Assembly (NCBI GenBank): GCA_049840735.1
Contig: JASGJN010000026.1
Coordinates: forward strand, 96,001-160,000
Direction of reading: 5' to 3'
From: Anaeromyxobacter sp.
GTDB taxonomy: Bacteria > Myxococcota > Myxococcia > Myxococcales > Anaeromyxobacteraceae
DNA length: 64,000 bases
Of this stretch, positions 47,760-56,903 are shown in pieces. The notes below the pieces were generated by a model. It searched no databases. It saw nothing but the letters and a program-made list of their open reading frames with translations, and was not told where the DNA came from. A program made the position numbers and the translations under genes. The stretch's first letter is position 1, and each line of letters begins with the position of its first letter.

Positions 47760-49386
47760 TCACGCGGGGAAGGCCTGGGCCAGGCTCCCCGCCACCACGT
47801 CCATGTCCTCAATCCCGCCGGCCTGGGCGGCCAGCACCCGGGCCCAGTCCACTGCGCGCAGGAACTCCGGGTCGCCCTGGCCGGCCGCGACCGCCCACCG
47901 CGCGCCCTCGAAGGCGACGCGGGCGGCGGCCTCCCGCGCGAAGACGCGGGACATGGCCGCGAGCGCCGCGGGAGACAGCGGCGTGGCGGCGCTGGGCTGG
48001 CCGGCGACCCGCTCGGCGAAGACCGCCGCGCCCTCGGCCTGCGCCACCAGCTCGCCCAGCCGGAAGAGCACGTGCTGGTGGCGCGTGAGCCGGTCGAGGC
48101 GGCAGCGCTCCAGGACGGCGGCCAGGCACCGCAGCGCCAGCGCGGCCTCGCCGGCGCCCAGGTCCTTGCGCGCGGCCTGGAGCGCCTCCATGCGGCCGGC
48201 CCAGTCGAGGTAGTGGGCCCCGCGCGACTTGAGGTGGAGCTGCCACCGGTCGCGCGCCGTGGTCCACTCCAGGATCTCCGAGGTGCCCTCGTAGATGGTC
48301 GTGATGCGGACGTCCCGCTTGATCTTCTCCACCATGTACTCGCGGGTGTAGCCGTTGCCGCCCAGCGCCTGGATGGCGTCCTCGGCCGCGCGGTTGCCGG
48401 CCTCGGTGGCCAAGAGCTTCGCGATGGCGCCCTCGGTGGCCAGGTCCTGCGCGCCGGCGTCCAGCCGGTCCGCGGTCCACTCGATGTACGCGCGCGCCGC
48501 CTCCAGCCGCACGGCGTTCGGGACCAGCAGCTTGTGGGTGAACCCCTGCTTGCGCATGAGCGGGGTCCCGCCCACCACCCGCTCCTGCGCGTAGCGGATG
48601 GCCCGCTCCAGGGCGGCCCAGCCGCCGCCCAGGCCGAACGCCGCGACCATGAGGCGCGTGTAGCCGAAGACGGCCTGCGCCTGCGTGAACCCCTGCCCCT
48701 CCACCCCGCCCACCAGGTGCTCGGCCGGGACGATGACGTTGTCGAGGAAGAGGGCCGTGGTGTTGCTGGCCCGGATGCCGTGCTTGTCCTCGTGCTTGCC
48801 GGCCGTCAGCCCCGGGGTGCCTTGCTCGACCACGAACCAGGAGGCGCCGCCCGGCGCGTTGGCCAGGATCAGCCACAGGGCGGCCACGCCGCCGTTGCTG
48901 ATCCACTGCTTGCGCCCGTTCAGCGCGTAGCAGGGGCGCCCCTCGTGCACCACCGGCGCCGCCGTGGTGCGCAGCGAGGTCAGGTCGCTGCCGGCCTGCG
49001 GCTCGGTGGCGCCGTAGGCGACCAGCAGCCCCTCCTCGGCGATGCGCCGCATCCAGCGCTGCTTCTGCTCCGGCGTTCCACCCACGGTGATGGGGTCGGT
49101 CCCCAGGAACGTGGCCAGCACGCCGGTGGCGATCCCGAGGTCGATCCGCGCCAGCAGCTCGGACACGCGGTAGATGTCCTGGGCGCCGCCGCCCATCCCG
49201 CCGAACTCCTCCGGGATGAAGAGCAGGTGCAGGCCCAGGTTGCCGTAGAGGTCGCGGTGGACCTGCTCCGGGAACTCGTTGGTGCGATCGAGCTCCAGCA
49301 GCCGCTCCGGGGAAAGCTCCCGCTCGGCGTACTCGCGCAGCGTGCCGAGGACGAGGTCCAGGGACTCGCGATCGAATCCTTCCCAT
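47760..49386 (-). CDS. Acyl-CoA dehydrogenase with C-terminal extension (extra base just after the ATG)
   Basis: Corrected N-terminus [13 protein letters not shown]...[50 protein letters not shown]. Confidence 0.92.
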
Positions 49387-49830
49387 GCCGCGGACAGATA
49401 CGCCTCGCGGCGCGCGCCCCCATGACGCGCGTCAGCCGCGGCGCGCTACCTTGGGTCCAGCCCCGCCTGTGGGGATCGCGAAGTGAACGCTCGCACCCTG
49501 CGTGTGGTTCACGGCACGTGCAGTCTCACGACGCACCGCGTGATCACCTGTCTGCCGGCTCGTGGGGCGAGCGCTCGCTGACGCGCCGCGTGAGACCCCT
49601 GGGGGCAGCGCGGGGCTCCGCGGCGGGGATCTTCAGGAGGCCTCGGCAGGCGGGCTGAAGGGCGTCGGGCGGCGGATGGTGTCCATGGCGGGACGCCTGG
49701 ACCTCGGCGTGCCGCGATCCGGAGACCACCCGACCGCCCTGCGCCCGTCGGCCTCGCGCGCAGTGCGCGAGGCCTGGTTCCTGGAGGCTGGACGGGCCCA
49801 GCCCCGGCGGCATTCAGCGCCTCGCGCGCC

Positions 49831-50487
49831 TTACCCTGGCGCGTCGCGGAAGGCCTTGCTGGCGGGTGCCAGCTTCTTGAACACCTCGTCGGCCTTGACC
49901 GGCTCGTTGGCCTTGAACCCGAAGGACGGGTTGTCCAGCACCGGCGCCAGCCAGAGCGCGCCGTCCTTGAGGAAGCCGATGAAGACCAGCTTCATGGCCG
50001 GGACCTCCACCAGCGCGGTGCCGGTGGGCGGGACCGCGGCGACCTCGGCGGCGCGGGCGCGGGCCTGCGTCACCAGCTGCGTGCGGTTGGGCGCGCCGAA
50101 GGCGCGGGCGGTCCAGCCCTTCTCGGTCGCGGCCACGGTCACCGAGGAGCGGACCTTGCCGTCCACCTCCACCGGGTAGAGCGCCTCGCGGGCGTCGTGG
50201 AGGAGCTTCATGGGATCGCCGCCTGCCTGGAAGGCGGAGAGCTCGTCCAGCCGGACGCGGCTGGTGCCGAGCGGCTGGCCGAGCGTGGCGCGGTCGAGCT
50301 CGGCCTGCGACTCGAAGCCCATCTCGCGGAAGTTCTTGGCCTGCTGGAGCAGGGCGCGGAGGGTGGAGAGCCCCTCGCTGGCGGCGCGCGTGGCGCCCTC
50401 GTCGACGTGGGTCACTGGTTCACGGGTCTGCGCGGCCGCCAGCGTGGGGGCCAGGAGCAGCGCAGCGATCAGGAGACGGTTGCACAT
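49831..50487 (-). CDS. Secreted hypothetical protein
   Basis: Signal peptide MCNRLLIAALLLAPTLAAA; AGGAG SD; 13 nt downstream of the protease gene. Confidence 0.7.
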   Translation of the reverse strand: MCNRLLIAALLLAPTLAAAQTREPVTHVDEGATRAASEGLSTLRALLQQAKNFREMGFESQAELDRATLGQPLGTSRVRLDELSAFQAGGDPMKLLHDAREALYPVEVDGKVRSSVTVAATEKGWTARAFGAPNRTQLVTQARARAAEVAAVPPTGTALVEVPAMKLVFIGFLKDGALWLAPVLDNPSFGFKANEPVKADEVFKKLAPASKAFRDAPG

Positions 50488-50500
50488 GGGCGGTGGCTCC

Positions 50501-51127
50501 TCAGGGCGAGTAGGTGACGTCGTAGAAGTCGTCCCAGTGCGTGTAGCTGCCGGCGCTGGAGACGTAGGCGTCGTAGGTGATGATCCGCTCGTCGCCGTGG
50601 CAGGGTGCCCACGGGTCGAGGATCACCACGTAGTTGGTGCCGTTCAGCGTCAGGTAGCCCTTGGCGACCATCATGTGCCCGCCGCCGCCGGTCCACCCCC
50701 AGGAGTAGGCGACCGGGGTCTTCTTGCAGTTCTTCTCGTTGGAGAGCTGCTTGCGCAAGTCATCCCAGGAGAGCGCCGCGCTGCTCGTCCGCTTGAACTT
50801 GAAGCCGTACTTCTGGAACTCCGGCCAGCCCGGGCAGGCGCAGCCGGTGCAGTTGCCGTTCATGTCGTAGGTGGGCGCCTGCGGGTTCGGGCAGAGCGTG
50901 ATGCCGCAGCAGTCGTTGCGGCCGAAGCGGTTGTTGGCCTGCGTGCACTGGCTGGTGTCGTGGCCGAGGAAGTCCATCACCATCTGGCCACTCCCGGCCC
51001 AGCACCAGTTGCTGGTCTCCTGCGCGTGGCGCGTGACCGGCAGCGATCCGACCACCGCCGGTGTGCAGCAGCCTGACAGCGTCAGCGCGACCAGCGCCGC
51101 CGCGGCCCCTCCGATCAACCTGAGCAT
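50501..51127 (-). CDS. Lipoprotein papain-like (C39-like) cysteine protease
   Basis: Lipobox LSGC; QETSNWCWA (Cys), GHMMV (His), ILDPW (Asp); GGGAG SD. Confidence 0.8.
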   Translation of the reverse strand: MLRLIGGAAAALVALTLSGCCTPAVVGSLPVTRHAQETSNWCWAGSGQMVMDFLGHDTSQCTQANNRFGRNDCCGITLCPNPQAPTYDMNGNCTGCACPGWPEFQKYGFKFKRTSSAALSWDDLRKQLSNEKNCKKTPVAYSWGWTGGGGHMMVAKGYLTLNGTNYVVILDPWAPCHGDERIITYDAYVSSAGSYTHWDDFYDVTYSP

Positions 51128-51377
51128 GTGAACTCCCTTCGCGTCCTGCGTGGCGGGTTCACGGCGCGGGTCCCCACCCGAGCCCTTCACCCGCTGTCGT
51201 AGAAGCGCCCTTGTCCGTCCGTGTGACCGTAAGTGCAATTTCACGGTCCGTGGGCGGTTGGGGCCGGTCGATGGGACGCGACCGCGTGCACGAGCCCGGA
51301 GAGGTGCGGGCGCGCGGTCAGGCTCCGCGCGGGGAGCGCCGCCGGAGGGAGTGAGCGTGAACAATGGGCCGGGCGGC

Positions 51378-52458
51378 TCAGGACGCCGACGGATACGCGA
51401 GCAGCGGCTCCTCGCCCGCCACCACCCGCAGCGCGCCCTCGGCCAGCGCGCGCAGCTCGTCCTCGCCTGCGTGGACCTCGACCGGCGCGATCCAGCGGAG
51501 CTGCTCGCGAAGCCCCTCGGCGAAGAAGGGCAGGTGGCAGAGGCCGCCGGTGAGCAGCACCGCGTCCACCCGCCCGCCCAGCGCGGCCGCCAGCGCGCCG
51601 GCCGACTTGGCCACCTGGTAGCGCATGGCCTCCAGCACCAGCCGCGCGGCGGCGTCGCCGGCCTCGGCCCGCGCCAGCGCCTCGCGCGCGTCGCGGGTGC
51701 CCAGGTGGCTGAAGAGGCCGCCGTCGCCGAAGAGCCGCCGCTTCACCGCGGCCTGGCTGGCGCCGGGGGCGAAGCAGGCCTCCACCACCGCGGTGACCGG
51801 GACGCCGCCGGCCCGGTCGCCGGAGAACGGCCCCTCGTCCTGCGGGTTGACCACGTCCACCATGCGGCCGTCGCGGTGCGCCGAGAGCGAGACCCCGGTG
51901 CCGAGGTGGGCCACCACCAGGCGCAGCTCGGCGTAAGGGCGGCCGGCCGCGCGGGCGTGGCGGCGGGCCACCGCCCGCATGTTGAGGGCGTGGGAGAAGG
52001 AGCGGCGGGAGACGCCGGCCAGCCCGGTGACGCGGGCCACCGGCGTGAGCTCGTCCACCGAGAACCGGATCCACGATCAGCGCCAGCCCGCCGTGCGGCC
52101 GGGCCAGCGCCTGGGCCATGGGCGCGCCCAGGTTGGAGGCGTGCTGGCCGCGGGCGGCCGCCTCCAGGTCGCGCAGCATGGGCTCGGAGACGCCGTACGC
52201 GCCGGCGGCGAGCGGCGGCAGGAGCCCGCCGCGCCCGGCCACCGCGGCCAGCGCGCCGGGGGCCACGCCGGCGGCCTCCAGGAAGGCCTGGGCCGCCGCG
52301 ATGCGAGCGGGCAGCTCGTCCCAGCAGCGGGCGGCGGGTCGGGCCGAGAGCTCCGGGTGCTCCAGCTTCTCCTCGCGGACGCGCTCCTCGCCGCGGTAGA
52401 GCGCCAGCTTGGTCGAGCCGGCGCCGGGGTTCACCGCCAGCACCAGCGGCGCGGTCAC
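51378..52458 (-). CDS. buk: Butyrate kinase (+1 frameshift at ~52063)
   Basis: NPGAGSTK, GRGG, HASNLGA, VDPV[S]VDE, HALN, HLGTG, GPFS..R.G. Confidence 0.92.
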
Positions 52459-53375
52459 GGCGCGCTCCCGGCCACCAGCACGCCCAGCGCGATGGAGCAG
52501 AGCTTGTCCGCCGCCGACTCGACGCGCGAGGGGATGAGCACCGGGGCGCGGGCGCCGGCGATGACGTGCGCCACCGGGCGGCGGGCCAGGTAGGTGAAGG
52601 CCTTGCCCAGCGCGTTGCCGGCCTCGATGCTGGGGGCCAGGATCACGTCCGCCTGCCCGGCCACGGGGTCGGCGATCCCCTTGGCGCGGGCCGCCTCGGC
52701 GGAGACCAGGTTGTCGAGCGCCAGCGGCCCGGACACCTCGCACGCGCCCAGCTCGCCGGCGGCCGCGGCGCGGGCCAGCGCCTCGGCGTCGCGGGTGTGG
52801 GGCATGGCGTCGGAGCCCACCTCGGCCGCGCACAGGCACCCGACGCGGGGGCGGGCCACGCCCAGGGCGCGGAACACCGCCGCTGCGTTCTCGATGATCT
52901 GCTGCTTCTGCTCCAGCCCCGGCGCCACGTTCACGCCACCGTCGGTGACGCCCACCAGCCGCGGCGCCTGGGCCAGCGGGTGATCGGCCACCAGCACGTC
53001 GGAGAGGAGGCGGTCGGTGCGCAGCCCCTCGGTCCGGTGGAGCACCGCCCGCAGCAGGTCGGCGGTGGCGATCCGCCCCTTCAGGATCACCGCTCCCTCG
53101 CCCGCCCGCACCAGCGCCACCGCGCGCCGCGCGGCCTCCAGGTCGTCGCCCGCCGGCTCGAGCGTGAACTGCGAGGGGTCCTCTCCCAGCCGCTCCAGCC
53201 GCTCCCGCAGCGCCCGCGGCGCGCCGACCAGGACCACCTCGGCCAGCCCGCGGCGCCGGGCCTCGCCGGCCGCCGCCAGGGCGGTATCGCTCTCGGCCGC
53301 CGCCACCACCAGCCGCCGCGGCCCGGCCGCGCGCGCGGCCTCCACCAGGCGCTCCAGCGAAGGTATCGGACCCAT
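52455..53375 (-). CDS. ptb: Phosphate butyryltransferase
   Basis: LKG.I.T, TDGGVN..P, GPLALDN, GN.LGK, GARAP...SR; coupled to buk by a GTGA overlap. Confidence 0.88.
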   Translation of the reverse strand: MGPIPSLERLVEAARAAGPRRLVVAAAESDTALAAAGEARRRGLAEVVLVGAPRALRERLERLGEDPSQFTLEPAGDDLEAARRAVALVRAGEGAVILKGRIATADLLRAVLHRTEGLRTDRLLSDVLVADHPLAQAPRLVGVTDGGVNVAPGLEQKQQIIENAAAVFRALGVARPRVGCLCAAEVGSDAMPHTRDAEALARAAAAGELGACEVSGPLALDNLVSAEAARAKGIADPVAGQADVILAPSIEAGNALGKAFTYLARRPVAHVIAGARAPVLIPSRVESAADKLCSIALGVLVAGSAP

Positions 53376-53442
53376 GCACGGCTGGTTATCATGTCCGGTC
53401 TGGCATGGGACTCCGTGATCCTACGTACCGGGCGGAGGTGGG

Positions 53443-54801
53443 ATGGAGCGGCGGGAGCTGAGCGGCGACGAGGCGGTCGGGCTGGCGGCCCGTGATGCGG
53501 GGGCCCACCTGGCCCTGGGGCCATCCGGCGCCGGCCTGCCCACGCTGGAGGCGTTCGCCGCCGTCGGGCTGCCGGCGCAGCGCGTCGCGGACCCCTCCGC
53601 CGCGGTGGACGCCGCGCTGGGGGCGGCGCTGGGCGGCGCGCGGGCGCTGGTGCTGGCAGGGCCCGGGGCGCTGGACGGCGCGGTCCGCCCGCTCTCGGCC
53701 GCGGCCCACGCCGGCTTCGACGGCGCGCTGGTGATCGCCGCCTGCGACGCGCCCGGCGCGGCCAGCTTCCCGCCGCCGCGCCACGCCCGCCACCACGCCT
53801 TCGCCGCCGGCGTCCCGCTGCTCGAGCCGGGCGACGTTCAGGAGGCCTACGACCTGACGCTGGGGGCGTTCGAGCTCTCCTCGCGCTGGCAGCTGCCGGT
53901 GCTCCTGCGGCTCACGCCGGCGGTGCGCCTGGCCCGGGCCCGGATCGTGCGCTGGGCCCACCCGCTCACGCCGCCGCCGCCACACCGCCCGGCCGGAACC
54001 TCGGCGCCGCGCGAGCCGAGCCGCTGGCGCGAGCAGAAGCTGTCGGCGCTGCAGGTGTTCGCCGAGGGGGCGGCGCTCAACGGCTGGACGCGCGGCGACG
54101 GCGGCATGGGCGTGATCGCCTCCGGCGCGGTGGCCCGCGCGACGCGCGAGGTGGCGCCCGAGGCCAGCCTGCTGGAGCTGCGGCTGGTCCACCCGCTGCC
54201 GGTGGAGAAGGCCCGCGACTTCGCGCGCTCGGTGCAGCGCTGCCTGGTGCTGGAGGACGGCGAGCCGGTGGTGGCGCGGGCGCTCCGCGCGGCGGGCGTG
54301 CCGGTGGAGGAGACGCCGGAGGGGTTCCGCGGCGTGGCGCTGGACGCGGCGGCCCTGCGGGCCATGCTGCGCGGCGCGCGCTCGGTGCGGGTGACCGAGG
54401 GGCCGCCGTCCGCCGGCGAGCCGGAGCCGGTCCGGGCCGCGCTGCGGCGGCTGGGGTGCCTGGCGCTGGAGGAGGCCGGGGCCGGGCCGGAGGGGCTGGC
54501 CGTGAGCCCGATCGCGGCGGCGCTGGGGCTCAGGCTGGTGCTGCCGGCCGAGGAAGCGCGGCGCGTGGTGGCGGTGGTGCGGGCCGCGGCGCTGGCCCGC
54601 GAGCTGGCCGCGCTGCCGCCCGGCGCGCCGCCGCCGCTGGTGGTGCTGGCGGGCGCTGGCGAGGAGGAGCGCGCGCTGGCGCAGCTGCGTGCCGCGGCGA
54701 TCGCGCAGGCGGAGGCGGTGGGCCCGGTCGCGCTGGAGGCGGCGCTGCGCGGGCAGCTGGAGGCGGGCGGAGCGGTGGGGGTGGTGGTGAGGGTGGGGTA
54801 G
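53443..54801 (+). CDS. Degenerate indolepyruvate:ferredoxin oxidoreductase alpha-like protein
   Basis: LSGDEAV..AA..AG, P.LEP.D.QEAY...AFELS....PVLLRLT, G.GVIASG, LVLEDGEP; C-terminal cofactor motifs not recognisable. Confidence 0.6.
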   Translation: MERRELSGDEAVGLAARDAGAHLALGPSGAGLPTLEAFAAVGLPAQRVADPSAAVDAALGAALGGARALVLAGPGALDGAVRPLSAAAHAGFDGALVIAACDAPGAASFPPPRHARHHAFAAGVPLLEPGDVQEAYDLTLGAFELSSRWQLPVLLRLTPAVRLARARIVRWAHPLTPPPPHRPAGTSAPREPSRWREQKLSALQVFAEGAALNGWTRGDGGMGVIASGAVARATREVAPEASLLELRLVHPLPVEKARDFARSVQRCLVLEDGEPVVARALRAAGVPVEETPEGFRGVALDAAALRAMLRGARSVRVTEGPPSAGEPEPVRAALRRLGCLALEEAGAGPEGLAVSPIAAALGLRLVLPAEEARRVVAVVRAAALARELAALPPGAPPPLVVLAGAGEEERALAQLRAAAIAQAEAVGPVALEAALRGQLEAGGAVGVVVRVG

Positions 54802-54803
54802 CG

Positions 54804-56123
54804 TCAGCCGCGCGGGGCCACGCGCTCGGCCAGGCTCGAGACGGCTCCGAGCGCGCGCTCGGCAAAGCTCCGCACCTCCTGGCCCAGCCCTTCGTTCTCG
54901 CGCACGCCGCGCCAGTACCGCAGCGCCCAGGCGGCCGCGTCCGGCCAGATGTCCAGCGTGGCTGCGGTGGGCGGGCTCGGGCGCAGCTCGCGCGAGAACA
55001 CCTCGTCCCCGGAGGGGGCGAGGATCATGGGCAGCGTGTCGTAGGCCGGGGCGAGTCGCAGGCGCAGGTCGTCGCCGACGAGGAACGAGACGTTCCCGAA
55101 GTGCCGGTCGGTGTTCCCGATCAGGTTCCCGAACACGTCCAGCCAGCGCAGCGCCGTCGCGTCGTCCTCGGGCAGGAGGAAGGGGCGCCCGCGGAAGGCC
55201 AGCGCCGCCGCCGTCCAGCTGTCGAGGTTGCCGCCGTACTCGTTCACGAGGGCGAGCAGCGAAAGCACCGCGCGGCGTCCGAGCCTTCCCACGCGATCGA
55301 AGCGCTCCACCTCCAGGAAGCGCCAGCCCGCCACGTCCAGGCACCGCGCCCGCGCGGCGGTCCGGCCGGCGGCGCGGATGGTCTCTAGCGCGTGCCACTC
55401 GCACCAGAGGAGATCCGCCCACCGCCGGGCCGCGGGCGTGTCGGCATCCGGTGAGAACTTCACCAGCACATGGCGGCCGCCGGAGAAGACGCCGATCTTG
55501 GGCCGCTCGCCACCAGCGGAGGAGCCGACGTCCTCGAAGGCCGAGCGCCTGGCCAGCTCCGGGAACCGATCCGGATCGACCTCCGGCGGCGCCTGCGCGA
55601 GGAACCGGCGCAGGGATTCGTCGCCGACGATCAGGTCGCCGACGCAGTCCTCGCCGCGCCGGGCGAGCGCGATGAGCCGGTGCTCATCCGACCAGTCGAG
55701 GATCCGCTGCGGGAGGCCAAGCTCCTCCGCGTGCCGGAGCCCGAAGGCGCGGCCCATGTAGCCCTGGGGCGCCATGTCGGCGAGCGCGGGCGGCAGACCT
55801 TCGAAGAGCACGCCCCGCGCCGGCGCTGCGCGCTCCCAGTAGGTCCGGCCAGCCCAGAGCAGGTGGAGCTTGCCGGCCTGGGTCGGCGCACCGAGCTCGT
55901 CGACCTTGAAGACGGGCAGGCTGCGTCCCAGCCCCTCGATGCGCCGTGTCCGGGCGTACTGGGTCGCCCGGGCTCGCCCAACGCGGATCACCTCGTCCCC
56001 GAGCGCGTCGGCCACGCGCATGAGCGTGGCCGACGAGATCCCCAGCTGTCCTCGGAGAGCAGCCGAGGAGGCCAGGCCGGTGAAGCCCAGCGCCTCCAGG
56101 AACTCGCTCCGCGCGACGGCCAT
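54804..56123 (-). CDS. yjjJ: HipA-family kinase toxin of YjjJ type (N-terminal HTH)
   Basis: LGISSATL.R HTH, GRARATQYA, DMAPQGYMGR, SSAGGERPK, RFDR, IGNTDRHFGN, LAPAYD. Confidence 0.8.
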   Translation of the reverse strand: MAVARSEFLEALGFTGLASSAALRGQLGISSATLMRVADALGDEVIRVGRARATQYARTRRIEGLGRSLPVFKVDELGAPTQAGKLHLLWAGRTYWERAAPARGVLFEGLPPALADMAPQGYMGRAFGLRHAEELGLPQRILDWSDEHRLIALARRGEDCVGDLIVGDESLRRFLAQAPPEVDPDRFPELARRSAFEDVGSSAGGERPKIGVFSGGRHVLVKFSPDADTPAARRWADLLWCEWHALETIRAAGRTAARARCLDVAGWRFLEVERFDRVGRLGRRAVLSLLALVNEYGGNLDSWTAAALAFRGRPFLLPEDDATALRWLDVFGNLIGNTDRHFGNVSFLVGDDLRLRLAPAYDTLPMILAPSGDEVFSRELRPSPPTAATLDIWPDAAAWALRYWRGVRENEGLGQEVRSFAERALGAVSSLAERVAPRG

Positions 56124-56241
56124 GTGAAACGATTTAGGACGCGATTATTGATGTGTCAAGTATTTAACAATACCTAGAAAAACGAACACGCAAGAACTCT
56201 AGACTGAAACAATTAATGAAACGATTCCTGGGGGGGGGGGG
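56124..56241 (-). promoter_or_regulatory. AT-rich promoter/operator region of the yjjJ-like gene
   Basis: TTGACA (56159-56154), 17 nt, TAAATC, 7 nt, ATG; three TGAAACRATT repeats; G12 run at 56230-56241. Confidence 0.55.
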
Positions 56242-56395
56242 TCGTTCCCGCTCCCGAGGCGCCGTCTCGCAGGAAGCTGGCTGGGCTCGCGCATGGCCCG
56301 AAGCCAGCGCGGGGACCTGGAGCGACGTCGGAAGGCGGCCGCAGGCTTGCGGCAGCGGTGGGAGGCGGGGCGAGGCGGGCCCGTCGGGCGCGCGG

Positions 56396-56794
56396 CTACA
56401 GGCCGCCGCGGTGCCGCCTGGTGAGGCGACGCAGCCGGCGGGCGCGCTGCGGCGCTAGCTCTTCCAGCAGCTCCTCCTCCTCGGTGGCGCGGGCCAGCAT
56501 GCGGCGCGTGCGCAGGGCCTCGAACGCGAGCAGCGCCACCGTGGCGACCGGGAGCGCCAGCGCCGCCGGCCAGAAGCCCGCCGCCCGGTAGAGCCAGCCG
56601 AAGAAGACGTACCCGAGCTGCGCCTGGCCGGACTCGAGCTCCCACAGGGCCCAGGCGTTGTACGCGGAGGCCGCGGTGAGCAGCGCGGCGAGGATGAGCG
56701 CGCGGTGGAGCTGGCGGCGGGCGATGAGCTGCCGCGCCACGGTCAGAGATCCGGCGTCGAGCGCGTCGGTGCCCGCGGGAGGGGGAGGGAGCAC
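56396..56794 (-). CDS. Small membrane hypothetical protein
   Basis: Two to three TM segments; start uncertain. Confidence 0.55.
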   Translation of the reverse strand: MLPPPPAGTDALDAGSLTVARQLIARRQLHRALILAALLTAASAYNAWALWELESGQAQLGYVFFGWLYRAAGFWPAALALPVATVALLAFEALRTRRMLARATEEEELLEELAPQRARRLRRLTRRHRGGL

Positions 56795-56903
56795 GCGCGG
56801 AGCTTAGCCGAGATCCGTTCATGGAGGGCGGCCTAGCGCCGTAACGCGACCGCCCGCGCTCCTCTCGGAGGCGGGCGGCCGGTGAAGCCAGAGGCTCGTC
56901 GGG

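Noticed and set aside
49400..49830. Regulatory palindromes (CGTG...CACG) or an ncRNA upstream of the ACAD-PKS cluster
   Set aside because: The motifs are short and expected by chance at this GC content; they cannot be assigned to a factor.
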